Shown here one piece after another: positions 39,251 through 52,020 of a stretch of 64,000 bases of DNA (the stretch's first letter is position 1; each line of letters opens with the position of its first letter). This DNA comes from Negaprion brevirostris (taxonomy: Eukaryota), in the NCBI GenBank assembly GCA_030324005.1, contig JARDVH010000177.1:8815528-8879527 (forward strand). The letters are read 5' to 3'. Below the pieces are notes generated by a model, which was given only the letters and a program-made list of their open reading frames with translations, was not told where the DNA came from and ran no database searches. The translations under genes were made by a program, and so were the position numbers.

Positions 39251-41615
39251 ACATATGTTTTTATTCTTCTCTACACCATGTTCGCAGATTTAAACCTGTA
39301 CATTTTTTTAAGGGGAACACTGAAGGATGGAAACCACTTTAATATTCCACTTTAGTGAGCTGCTTCTGACTGACCAGCCCCTTCCCCCACTCTGACGTAG
39401 TATAATTTCCTAGAGCCAAAAAAAGTTTAAAAACTCAATAGATTCTTTACTAATACAAATTACAGCTGGAAATATGTCTCTGCTAAGTTGACGGCATGCA
39501 AATTGCAATCTGCAAGAAGTCTCTACCAAGATACATGCCTTCTCCAGGCTACTCAGAATATCCCAAATGGACAGGATCCCTCATTTGACCTAAGTGAGTG
39601 GTCATGCAAAAATACAATAAAATTGCCTTCATATCAATTCCTACAACAGTTTCTATAACTCAAATGAGCTCAGAATCTGCAAAAAAAAAAGCCAGACCCA
39701 GCATTACTATGTTGAAGGAAAGGATATTATTAAGCACCTTAACCGGACTCAAAGGATCAGCTTTTCAGAATTTCAGCGGATGCAACTCTCTTCTTCCTAC
39801 AAGCTAAAGTTAATTCCCCCCCGCTTCCCCAATACCCAGCCAAACTTCTCTCCTTCATCCCCCTGCCTCTTATTGGTTTCCATTTTAAGTAAAAAGCTTT
39901 ACTTTCCATCAGCTTGTGGTATTGTGGGGGAAACTGCATTGTCAGAGCTGCTAAAAATTTCATTTAAGAGCAGTTTCCCCACTTCCAGGCACCACTGCTC
40001 ATCAAGCTCTGAATCTAAGCACTGTACATGTCTACAATGCAAAGTATAACTCTGAAAGAAGTGAAAACTTTGCTTTGAATCACAAAAAGATTAATAAATC
40101 CTGTGCCCAGGAAAGCAAAAATATCAGAAGTGAATTACAAAATTACAACATTAAGTATTCTACACAAATTAAGACAGTGATTGGACTGGAGAGGATCCTG
40201 GGGGGNNNNNNNNNNNNNNNNNNNNNNNNNNNTCACTTGAAGAAGTTCCAATGCAGCCATCTTAAAAGATTCCTGATTTGTACTTTACCATTTTGCTAGT
40301 GCAGAAGATGTAGGTACAATCACAGCCAATTAGTGGACCATAGAAAACTTTGATTTTTGAACACAAGGAATTATGTTGCATTTCATGTCCCTGAGATCTA
40401 GACTCCAGCTTAATTTGAAGCACTGTGCACAATATCTTACATAATCATTGCCAATATGGAGTTAATTCTGCCCCTGTTTGAACGCAAGGAACCAAAAAAA
40501 AGCGACCCAAGAGTATGACAGTATTTAATGTGTTTCGAACATCAAGATGTCCTCCAATACTGGGAAACAAATTAAAAGATAGTTAAAAATACATGTTACA
40601 GCTTTTAATACAACGTTTGCATGGCCTCAGCCAATTTAGTTTCAAACAGCTTTCAAAAAAAACCCCGCCTTAACTAGAAATTTTTGTTTTTAAATAATCT
40701 CAACCTTCCATTAAGCCTTTACCATCCTTCAAAGTAACAAAAATTATTGCAGTCCCAGGGCAGGCTTGCTGCTTCTCTTCCGGCAATACTGGCCTCCGTG
40801 TCATTAGTACCTCTCAAACTTGGAGAGAATCTACTCACTACAATCCAAAAAATATTTGTAGAAAAATAGATGGCATTATTATTTTGATAAAACACTTTGC
40901 AGCGATAATTAGATGTAGCAGCAAAAAAAAAGGCATGAAGTCAAAAGAAATATTGCTACTCATACAATTGTCAAAACTACCACATGAAATACAGAGGCGA
41001 GAATATAACTATTTTAAATAATCCTTTGTAATATACCCATAAATAGCTTTTGCTTCAAACTGATCCATGGCAAGACACTTTCAACATCACAAAGTAAATG
41101 ATGTAATATATGCCTCTATTGGCAATTTAAGATTTTAAAATTGCTTACTGATGTTTTGCGTAATTTCACTAATTCTGAAGACAAAAGATTTTGCAGCAGT
41201 AACAGCAGTGGTGCTTACTCCACTGAAACTGACAGCAGGGCAGAAGTGCAGAATAAGTTCAATACTCCCTCAAGGGGTGTGCTGTAGAGGTTTTCCCCAG
41301 AGCGTGATCCCAAAGCAAGCATAAAAATGTGCACTGTGTCATTAGTCAGATCTTACTGAATGTGTAACTATGTATTAACAGCATAGTGTGTCGAATTACA
41401 TCTGAACACCCTCACTGGCCCTGAAAAGCTAATTTTATATCTTTGTAGCATGTCAAATATTGCCATTATGATTTTTAAAAATCCAAATTAAGATTAAAAA
41501 AGGAAGTTTGAATGAATTATATTTAATTCATTATCTGAAAATGTAGATGAAAAGTGAATCACTGATTTTAACTTCCTGGTTGGCTAGCTGTTTAGAACAC
41601 TGACTCACTACTTAC

Positions 41616-41669
41616 CCTGCTTGCTGACATCACTGCTGCTAGGTGTTTGGCGATTATCTCGACTTGGCA
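41616..41669 (-). CDS. 54-nt internal exon of an unidentified gene; phase 1 reads (V)PSRDNRQTPSSSDVSKQ, phase 0 reads CQVEIIAKHLAAVMSASR
   Basis: Minus strand: atttatttcccttttcttgacag|TGCCAAG...AAGCAGG|gtaagt; near-consensus acceptor and donor, length divisible by 3, unique sequence. Could be a 5' UTR exon instead. Confidence 0.7.
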
Positions 41670-44600
41670 CTGTCAAGAAAAGGGAAATAAATCCATGGTA
41701 GGGATTGCTGGATTTTTCTGGCAGCCTTCTGAGGCCATTAGCAATGACCACCATTCCTGCACCAAAGGCCACAGAATCCAGCTCAATGTTCCCCTACCTA
41801 GAAGACCCAGTTTGAAAGTGGAAGTTTACACTTCCTGGGGACATAGTCTCTCATCGTAAGAGTAGCTTGGGGCACACGTACAGCATGACTATACTGGAGG
41901 TCCATTAAATGATGCTCTTACTAAGGTTTTTTGTGGAGGCAGGAGCATTTTACCATTTAACACACCAAGGAATAGTGAATGAGTTTTCCTGCTTGGTCTT
42001 AAATTGTTTTTTCAAGGTTGCAAGGTGTATCTACAGAACATGCTGGTCAAGTTGAGGGCTTTTACTTCTTTGAATGTGGAGAAGTTGGAAACAAATATTT
42101 TCTTTCACAATTACTTTTAAGTTCAAAGAAAATTATTCATGTGACAACTCAACAGCTGAAGCTGACAGATGAGTTTCAAAAATATATACTCTCATGCTTG
42201 AACTCCTGACGTTGCTGAAATAGTATTCGCTTACCAATCTGGCCTAAAGACAACTACTCCACATAGGTGAAGTAAGCAGTTGCAAAAGGTTATAAACTGG
42301 AAGTACTCACAGAGGCACTGGAATAGCTTGTTTACCTTCAGGCATCACATGGCTGCAAAACATGCTTTGGGAGAAGGAAGATTTAAAAAGATACTGCACA
42401 TGATCACTGATGATCTTTACTGGAAAAGACACGCAAGTGGATTTCATGTGAGAATAGACTAAATAGCCATCCAAATTTGAATAGTCTGCTACAAGTTGGT
42501 TTTATTTCCTGAGCTCTTAAGCCTTAGTTTCTTAGTTGCTCTGTGCCAGAGCTCTACATTTCACCTTGCAAAAAAAATGGGCATCAGCTTTGGAGATTCC
42601 TCCAAAGAGAGAATTTATACTAAAAATATCCTTATCACAGTTAGAAAATTGAACTTTTAGTTCCTGTGAAAGGAACAATGCATGACCCTTAGTGACTTTC
42701 ACAGTTGATTTGACATACAGATTCTATCAAACAGTATAAACATTATCTCCTAAACTCCTCATTGTGTATTCCACTTGGATCACAAGTAAAATTGCCAAAA
42801 CAAACATGCTCTTATTTCAACATAATTAAGATTGACCACTGATATTAGTTAACTAGAATATGTACAACCAAATCAAGAATATACAAATTCAAGAAATACC
42901 TTGGCGCAGTCTGCTTTTGTTGAATCTGCAGATAGTAATACCCTGGATGTAATATCTAACTATGGACAAATATTCCTATCATGGACCATTTCCTAAAGAA
43001 TAAATCGTGTAGAAATGATGAATGTTTTTAGTGGCTTATATTCTTTCCCATATATAAGCACTGCTGCACTATGCTGGCTGAAATATCTCATGCCATTAAT
43101 CATAAGTTCTGAAACGTTTGCTTCATTCCTTCAAAAACAGCCTGTGTATTTTAACCAAATAGGCCAGGTTTCCGAAGCCTTAGATCAGCGGGAAACCCAT
43201 GCTTGTGAAGGAAATAATTTATCTGATGCACCCATTTTGTAAATATTACAATCATGCAATTGGTCATACAATTTTGTACTGTTATTTGAAATGGTCAGTA
43301 TGTGAATTGATATGTGAAATTTGTAGGGGAGGTCAGATAATGATTTAATAGGTATTGGTCAGCTAAACAGTAACTAAATTGGTCATCAGTTTGCATATCA
43401 AGTTGCAGAAGATTTTTTGAACTTTTTTTATCAAGTAAGCAGAAATACATTTTCTTTAATGATAATTTGAAGCATAAGAGTACAATTTACCAACTGCTTT
43501 GTGTTTTTTAAACTCAAACAAAATCTTTTCAGATATTTTTAAAAACACACACATTTTCCTTTTGCTAATCACTATAGGAGCACCTTCACTGAAGAGTGCA
43601 TCAGGTAATGAAATGCTGGATCTATCATGCCTGCAGCTGGTTCACAAATGATTAGTTATCTGCCTCACCTCCCTGCAGAATAGTGAAAATATCCCAATTA
43701 CTTTTCTGTGCTGACTGTATTTTATTAAGCAGCAACTGCACAAATTAATTCAAATCATGCAAAGTATAATGTAAGAGATCCATTTTATTTGATGGTATTC
43801 TCCTTCCAAATGCAATTTGTATATGGTGTTCACTTAGCTGTCTATTCAGGTAACAATCCCCAAGCCATCTGGAGCTGGATTGGCATGTCATTATTTCATC
43901 TGGCTTGGGAAAGCTGATTGAAATGTACTAGAATGGGAAGCTTTAACACTTAATAGCAAAAAAATCAAAACTGGAAGTGTTAAACATCGTTTCAAATGAG
44001 ATGCTATGTCAGGTCAGTAAAGCCAATGTTTAAAATCTTCCATTTCAATGAGATGGCTATAAGTGATGCAATTGTTGACCTTTCGGATATATATTTCTGC
44101 TCAGGGCAGATGAGATTATATCACTTTTGTACAGTGGGTGAGAAGGTACGCCTGCATGCAACAATGAAGACTGAAGAAGATTCTATAAAAACCAAGTTAC
44201 AGAACTGCCTTTTGCTGTATAGCTAACGCACATTGCTTCTTTTAGTAGAAACGTCAAAGAGGAATGATGAACTTGTATTTATTTTGCGACCTCAAGATGT
44301 CACAAAAAATTTTTCACAGCCAACGAAGTATTTGTTTTTCACTTGTGTGGACAAGTTACCTTTTTGAAATCATATGACCAGAGTCAACATTTTGACTTAA
44401 CACTTTCAGCAGATGAAATGGTGTTTAGTATGCCATGTCTCTCTCCAGTGTAGTGGGGCGAGCTTTTAATGGCAGCTGCACATTTAGTTGAACACTGTCT
44501 TATGACTAAGGACTCTACTAATGGTAGTTTTTAAAAAATCGAATGAGGGTTTGTACAAATTAATATATTTCTCATTCTAGATTTTTAAGCTGATATGCAA

Positions 44601-45243
44601 AGGCACAAGTAAAATTTACAAATATAGAGTGTACCGAATCATTATGAACATTGTAGATTCAAAATATCCTTCAATTCCCTATTTTTAAACTGGCATTACA
44701 AATGCATGATGATATTTGTACAATTTTATTTTTCAGAGACAAACAATTTCATTACATTTAAAGTTATGGGTAACAGAGTCATACACAGAAATACCACAAA
44801 ATTGAATATCACTCAAAAAGTTTTTTTTCTTGAGATTATAGCACTGATAATTATAGATAAAAACAATTAGCAAAGATGCATTACATAGACTGTTAAGTGA
44901 TATAGAAAGCAAATATTTTGCTAAAAATCTCAAATTAAAAAAAGGTTCAAAAATTGATAAAGGAATTTTCATCCAGTTAAAGGATGCGGCTATTACCTTG
45001 GTTAGTACTTTACATCATCATGATTTGTTATATTTAACAGGCAGATAAGAAATATTGACAGGCCTGCTTAATGTATGCATTAATGTGCTAGTATACACAT
45101 ATACACACACACATATATATAAATAAATGGCCACTTTTTTGGGGTAACTAAAATGCCAATAAAAAAGATAAACTTCAAAAATAACAATACATTTGTGAAT
45201 AACCACAAAAGATCTAATTCCATCCATCAATAATGTAATCAAG

Positions 45244-45442
45244 CGCTACACAGAGGGTGGTGGGTGCCTGGAACTTGCTGCTGGGGGAAGCAGATGTGAT
45301 ATTAACTTTTAAGGAGTATCTTGACAAATACATGAATAGGATGGGAAGAAGGGGATATATTAGTTGGAAGTTTAAGGGGTATTAGTTCAACACAGGCTTG
45401 GAGGGCTGAAGGGTCTGCTCCTGTGCTATAACTTTGTTATTT
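45244..45442 (+). mobile_element. CR1 3' UTR fragment
   Basis: acacagagggtggtgggtgcctggaac...acaggcttggagggctgaagggtctgctcctgtgcta. Confidence 0.85.
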
Positions 45443-47488
45443 GTACAAGAATGCTCAGGTTTTATCAACTCAGACTTTAATTTGGTACGATAAAACAAAA
45501 GGTTGTAATTAATGAATATGAGTATTTATGTTGCCATTGATTGAATACAGTTACCATGCACATGTTGGCAAATTATAGTAAAGTGCAAGCTAACAAAGAA
45601 ACTACTAACTGCTATTAGTGTCTCAACTACACTTCCACGTTCTCAAATGCAACTGGGTGCTCATACTATTAATAAAAAACATTTTAGCATGTTTTTGCTG
45701 GGAGTGGGCAAGGTAGTAATGAGCAAATGAACATGAAAGAAGGAAAAGTCAACAGCACAGAGGACACTTTTTAAGATTTGTACTAGAAAAACATTGGCTT
45801 TGAAAGAGAGGATGGGATTCAAAGAATTTCCTGTGAAATTTCAAACCAGAAAAAGTCAAAACTATAGAAAGGAAGGTCATGGGTCAAAAACTGAATAAAT
45901 GTTCTAAACAAAAACAAGAAAAATGAAATAGACTTTGAATTCAAAAACAAATAAGAAGCAATTTGGCCTTTTTGTTTGATTAAATGTTTAGATGAAATGC
46001 ACAAAGCAAATACCGTATGGGAAGACTCAAATGAGAAGATCCTGGAGCCTTGAGTAGCTGAAGCATTGAAGACTGTGATGATGATCCTGGCACTAGCATA
46101 AGCATTGTGTAAAAGGAAGTATGTTTGGTCAACTGGCAAAGGAAATTTCAAAGATTTACTAACCCAAACATGACTGAGAACACCGGTTTAAATATTAATA
46201 TAAAGTGATATTGGTCTGTGAAGTCTCATAAAAAAGGTTAAAACAAGCTGAATCTAGGTTTTACCTAAATTACATTAATTAGTCCCCCCACCACTCATCA
46301 GCACCCCCCCCCCCCACCCCCGTCATCCCACCCTCTCCTCCAAAATGAATGGCTGCAAAATTACTAGTATTTTAGGGGAGTTAAAGCTGAGCTGCTCCAC
46401 ACAAGCCAATTTACCATAGAACAAAGAATATGGTAAAATCTGAGTTGTTTTTCTATTTGGATTTCTACAGTGCAACACTGAGCATTCCTTCACTTTCAAA
46501 ATAAATTACTACTTGTAACTACTGAACAGCCCACCCCTCCCCCACCCCCATACACAAACCCAGCTCTTTCCTGGTTATGTAACAGANNNNNNNNNNNNNN
46601 NNNNNNNNNNNNNNNNNNNNNNNNNNNNNNNNNNNNNNNNNNNNNNNNNNNNNNNNNNNNNNNNNNNNNNNNNNNNNNNNNNNNNNNNNNNNNNNNNNNN
46701 NNNNNNNNNNNNNNNNNNNNNNNNNNNNNNNNNNNNNNNNNNNNNNNNNNNNNNNNNNNNNNNNNNNNNNNNNNNNNNNNNNNNNNNNNNNNNNNNNNNN
46801 NNNNNNNNNNNNNNNNNNNNNNNNNNNNNNNNNNNNNNNNNNNNNNNNNNNNNNNNNNNNNNNNNNNNNNNNNNNNNNNNNNNNNNNNNNNNNNNNNNNN
46901 NNNNNNNNNNNNNNNNNNNNNNNNNNNNNNNNNNNNNNNNNNNNNNNNNNNNNNNNNNNNNNNAAACACAAATCATTTACATACATTTCATTTTGCAAGT
47001 TGTTTGCCCCTAAAATTATTAAAAATATCTGTGGTGGGGGAGGGGGGGGGGCAGAAGGAGAGTGCAAAAAAGAGAAAAACTCTGTTGTTGAGACAGAAAG
47101 AAAAAAAATTCTGCCTACTTGGCATTAAAAGTTGATATGTGAAATCTACACTTCCACAAATAAACCACAGGAACTTGCCCGAGGCATTTTAGGAGGAGGG
47201 AACAGCCACAACTGTCAGCCATTTTGAGGTTACAGAGGCACGGGTAGTTAAGACTACTGTAGTTTCATCCCACCTCAAACTAAACAGTTACTTCTCTATA
47301 GAGAGCAGCTAAAACATGGTTTCCTGCTCTGCAGTACCACTCTACAATTATTTACTTTAGCTGGGGTATGGGTGTATATGTTTGACTGTGTGTGTGCGTA
47401 TATATACACATGTGCACAATATTCCTTGCCTGCTACAGTCAGATAGCTGCAAGCGCACAACCACATTAACAACAACAACAGGACTTAC

Positions 47489-47534
47489 CAGCAGACAGCA
47501 AGCTCTGATTGTTGGGTATGCAACTACAGTATAG
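47489..47534 (-). other. 3' end of a candidate exon whose 5' part lies in a gap
   Basis: ...TTGCTGTCTGCTG|gtaagt; open as LYCSCIPNNQSLLSA (phase 1) or YTVVAYPTIRACCLL (phase 0). Confidence 0.4.
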
Positions 47535-48838
47535 NNNNNNNNNNNNNNNNNNNNNNNNNNNNNNNNNNNNNNNNNNNNNNNNNNNNNNNNNNNNNNNNNN
47601 NNNNNNNNNNNNNNNNNNNNNNNNNNNNNNNNNNNNNNNNNNNNNNNNNNNNNNNNNNNNNNNNNNNNNNNNNNNNNNNNNNNNNNNNNNNNNNNNNNNN
47701 NNNNNNNNNNNNNNNNNNNNNNNNNNNNNNNNNNAACAAAGAAGCCCCACTTCAAGAACATACAGGAGGAAATTGCCAGAATGCAAGATCTGCCTCTTAG
47801 TCTAAGCCTAAAACCCATTATTTAAATTTATGCCCCACTCAAAACATGTGTGACTCCTTCCTTTTCCAGAAGAACTATAAATTACTTTTTCTTCCCCCAA
47901 GTGATTTAAAGTCAATTAAAACCAAAATAAACACCTCAATTTTAATCTTAAAATAGAATGAGACTGGTTTTCTAGGTTCACTTCCTTAAAATTAAAAACC
48001 CTTAAAAAATTACTTACGCAGTCAGGGAACATACTAGTGCTATAAGGTATTTAATATTTTACAGTACTAAAAATATCCAACACCTCAAATTTAAATTACA
48101 TCATGCTGTCATTACCAATACATCTATGATAATTTACTTTATTGAAACTAGAAATGTTCCCTCCTCTTTGTTCCATTTTCTCGCTTACTATGTTAAGTAC
48201 ACAGCCAGCAGCACAATCTGCTTTTCATTTCACTGGATTTCACTGGTGGGTGAGAAAGATCTAGATGACTCACGCTCACAGAACTCGCCAGTTATAACAC
48301 ATCTTTGCAATTGTGAAATAAAGAGCAGGCTGGTCACCATGCATTATCCTCTATAATAGCATATGTTCTATATGTGCTGTTTCAACATATATACATAGCC
48401 TTTTAATGTTAGTTTTGCGTCAGATCTAGTTACACTGCAAGAATTACTCAGAAAAAAGGAAATGATTGCATCAAACACCATGTTGCAGCAGACAGCATAG
48501 ATCTAACGTTAACCAAGAAACTTGGTTAGCCAAATAACAGATATAGAGAACAAAGCACCAAAAATTAGTGAATAAAATTGGGGAGAAGTATACTAGGAAT
48601 ACAACTGGAAAGACTTGCAAGGTCAACCCAAGGACAACACTGAAGGCCTTGTGACGTTTGCCACTTGCACGCGGTAAGCACACTGAAATAATCATGGCAA
48701 TNNNNNNNNNNAGATGATCAAAAATAGGGGACTTGGGAAGCTTGATTTTTTTGGGGGGAGCGGTGGGCAAGGAGAGAAAAAGAGAGAGAATTGCCTGATA
48801 AAATTGATCCCTTAAAAACATACAGAAAAATTACTCAC

Positions 48839-48958
48839 GACAGTCTGCAAGAAGTTTTTTTTATTCCTGTCTCCTGGAGGTTGTAAACAGCTTTCCAAAC
48901 AGTGAAAACTGTGATAGAGATATTTTTGCTTCAGTTTTCTAAAAAAAAACTTGCTCAT
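48839..48958 (-). other. Candidate alternative 5' exon
   Basis: Donor TGTC|gtgagt at 48839; either a 100-nt exon after acceptor ttttttttag at 48938, or a 40-codon open frame from gccATG at 48958 (MSKFFFRKLK...FLQTV). Confidence 0.35.
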
Positions 48959-51769
48959 GGCGTCATAGCAGCCTCCCAATACCCCCTCCCCCACACTCAC
49001 CCCCCAGGAGTTTCAAGTNNNNNNNNNNNNNNNNNNNNNNNNNNNNNNNNNNNNNNNNNNNNNNNNNNNNNNNNNNNNNNNNNNNNNNNNNNNNNNNNNN
49101 NNNNNNNNNNNNNNNNNNAATACCCCCTCCCCCACACTCACCCCCCAGGAGTTTCAAGTAGGTAGAAATTCAAATCTAGTTTCGAATAGCCCATTAAAGA
49201 CAAAAAATAAATGAGGTATTTTAGATGTTCAAACACAAAAACAGTTAGAAACTGTCGACAATAAGATCCTTCACTAAGAACACAGAACATCACTCCACAT
49301 AAGCATTACACAATTAGCAGCTCTCTGAATGACAAACAGTCAGATTACAAAGAGAGATCCTCCTGCACACAGCATTGTGTGTGAAAGAAACTGGATTAGG
49401 AAAATCAGGTAGTGAAAGGGGATATCTGAGGTTCTAAGCAATCTCTGATCACATGATTCCAGCTGCTGAGCTCTTTGCATAATGGAGGATGCCAGAGTCC
49501 CAGCAGAATGCACAAAATGGCTCCCTTGCCTGCTGCTATTTCAGGAGCTCACATCAGTGGGAACTGGCCAAACCATTCAATTTATTTCAAGTTACTCCTG
49601 GATCTTATTTATCATTTTGGAAAAAATACTACTACTAGAACACTGCTGTTCCAAAAACCATTGTAGTGTTTGTGTTAAAAACAACAAACTGCATGCACTA
49701 AAATGTGTACTTAACATATTAACCCATTTTCCACAAAACGTCAGTGGAGATAGCGCAGCAGGATAAGCTCTGTATCACACTGACGGAGAATTAAAATATT
49801 CTGGCTGCTATCCATTATTCAATAACTGGCTTTATTTTAGAAAATCTCTGTGCTAAGAATCAGCAGTTTTAACTGCACAAAAAAGGGTTTAAAATATCAT
49901 ATGCTCTGCATCCAACAATTTACATTAGGAGTCAATGCACAATGGCACAGGTGTTAAATAAGATGTCTAGATGAATTTAATATTTAAAAATAGTTCTCTC
50001 TTATCTGGATTAAAAAAAAGCTGATGTAAATTCTGAAGTACTCAAACCCAACACAAGGGATTACAGGAACAACATTACTCCATGTGCTCAGAGTCACCAG
50101 CAACTAGTTTCTACATGGCATATCCAAATATCAATCCAAGAGATGCATTGTTCTTAAATTTAGTACAATTAAGATTAAAATAACAGATCTTATACACCAC
50201 TATACTACACATCCACTTTCCTGATTATATGAGTTGAGTGTACCATTTGCATAATTTATTTAAGTGGAGTTCAGCCCTAGGGGTGGTTGGCAAAAGCAGG
50301 AAAAGCATTGAAAAGTTCTGCGTTCCAATGCAGTATAATTCAAAACACTGTAAAAAAGTTCCCAATTGCACCATGATCAATATTAAAAAAGGTGCTTCTG
50401 CATTGCATGAAACCCACCATGTTAGTGCGGTTGATTCTAGGAACTTGGGTTTTGTGCAGTAGGCCACTGAGAATTGCCAAGGTTGAAGATCTGTTTTAAA
50501 ACAGGTTCTTCAAGATATTAGTTTTAGTTGGTCTCCACTGTTTTATAACTGGTAGCTTGCTTCTTGAGCACTAGAGTTCAGGATCCACCAACTCAGGGAT
50601 CTTCTAATTCATTTTAGGGATCGTGAGTCACTTTTAAATGCAAACGAAATGGTGTTAACAATGGAAAACATCTTTGCGTGCATGTTCTTCATGAGAAGCT
50701 GGGTTGGGATGGGAGGGGCAGGAAGGGAGGAAACAGACGCTGATCTAGCAGATAATTCAAGGCATTCCTCAAACAGGTTGGTTAAATCAGGATGCTGGCT
50801 TGAGCAAGTCATGCTGAGTATTTATCTTTTTCATCTACAGATGTTTGTTATCTGATCTTAAAGATTTAATACCTTACTTACTACTGGCATTATGCTAATT
50901 GCTGTACAATTCCCTGGATTGCCATTTTGGCACTATTCCTTTTCACTGTAGGAATAAAACCTTATTGATATAAGTACCTCCCTTGTTTGAGTAGCCCAAT
51001 TTTACATAGTCTTAAATGCGTCACATTGTAGAGAACTCCTGATTTGCAGGACTTTTTATAAATAGTAAGCCATTCAGACCAAGGTTCGATGGTGATCTGG
51101 GTTGCTGTTGAGGTCCTACTGACAAAAAGCAGCAGTCGTTCCTACTTGCAATTACTACGCAGTGACTCTTCCTGAAAGATCACAATTTTGGCTGATGTTG
51201 AGCAAACTTGTTTACACCGTTTTGACTCCTGTAACTGCCACCATGAGGTACAGGAGGGCAGCTAGCATCAGGACTGTTCTGAAGGCAACTCACTGCTGGA
51301 GTAAAAAGGAGAGTTGAGGAAAAACTAGCCTAAGTTCCTGCTTATCACTGCTGTCCAAAGACCACTATAGCAAAATGCAACACAGATAATGAACAAAAAA
51401 CAGGATTATATTTGTTTGTCTCCTAATAGTCTATTAATCACTGTCCCAATTCCCAGCTGATAAATGCCTTGTCCCAACTGGTGAATTATGACTTGGTTAA
51501 TTGCTAGAAGTCTACAGCATTCCTAGGACCACAACCAACAGTTATCATCAACAAGGAAAGAAAATAACTGGTAATATATCAATCACTGCAATACCTTAGC
51601 AAAAAATTTGAAAGATTCAAAGAGACTGGCTGGTTTTAGTGACTTCCACTGGCTCTACCAAAATATAACTGCAATACTGAAAAAAAATCCAAAATAATGC
51701 CTGATCACATGTAAAAGGACTGGAGATACGTACGATTAAACAAACAGGGAGATCATTTAAATAGCAAGA

Positions 51770-52020
51770 AGAATGATCAGCTGACCTATCTTCTGGTGAT
51801 ATTTGCCAAGGTAGTTGTACTACCTGGGATAACTACCTGTCCTTCCAAAGAAGGCCATGAAATCTCAAGTTCACCCAAATGAGGGCAGCAACGCAAGTGA
51901 ATCACTTTAACAATGCAGCACTTCCTTAGCACTGCAGCCAGCTTACCTCTGGTGTTCAAAGCCTGAAGTATAGCTTCAAATAAACAACCTACTGACTCCC
52001 AAGGGTGAAGATATTATCAA
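51770..52020 (-). mobile_element. Very old Deu-domain SINE
   Basis: aacaatgcagcacttccttagcactgca is the reverse complement of the Deu core; B-box region decayed. Confidence 0.55.

Noticed and set aside
21738-47818. Long ORFs rich in X
   Set aside because: Open only because they cross N gaps
48978-49159. 41-bp exact repeat flanking an N gap
   Set aside because: Same assembly-overlap pattern; a real tandem repeat cannot be shown
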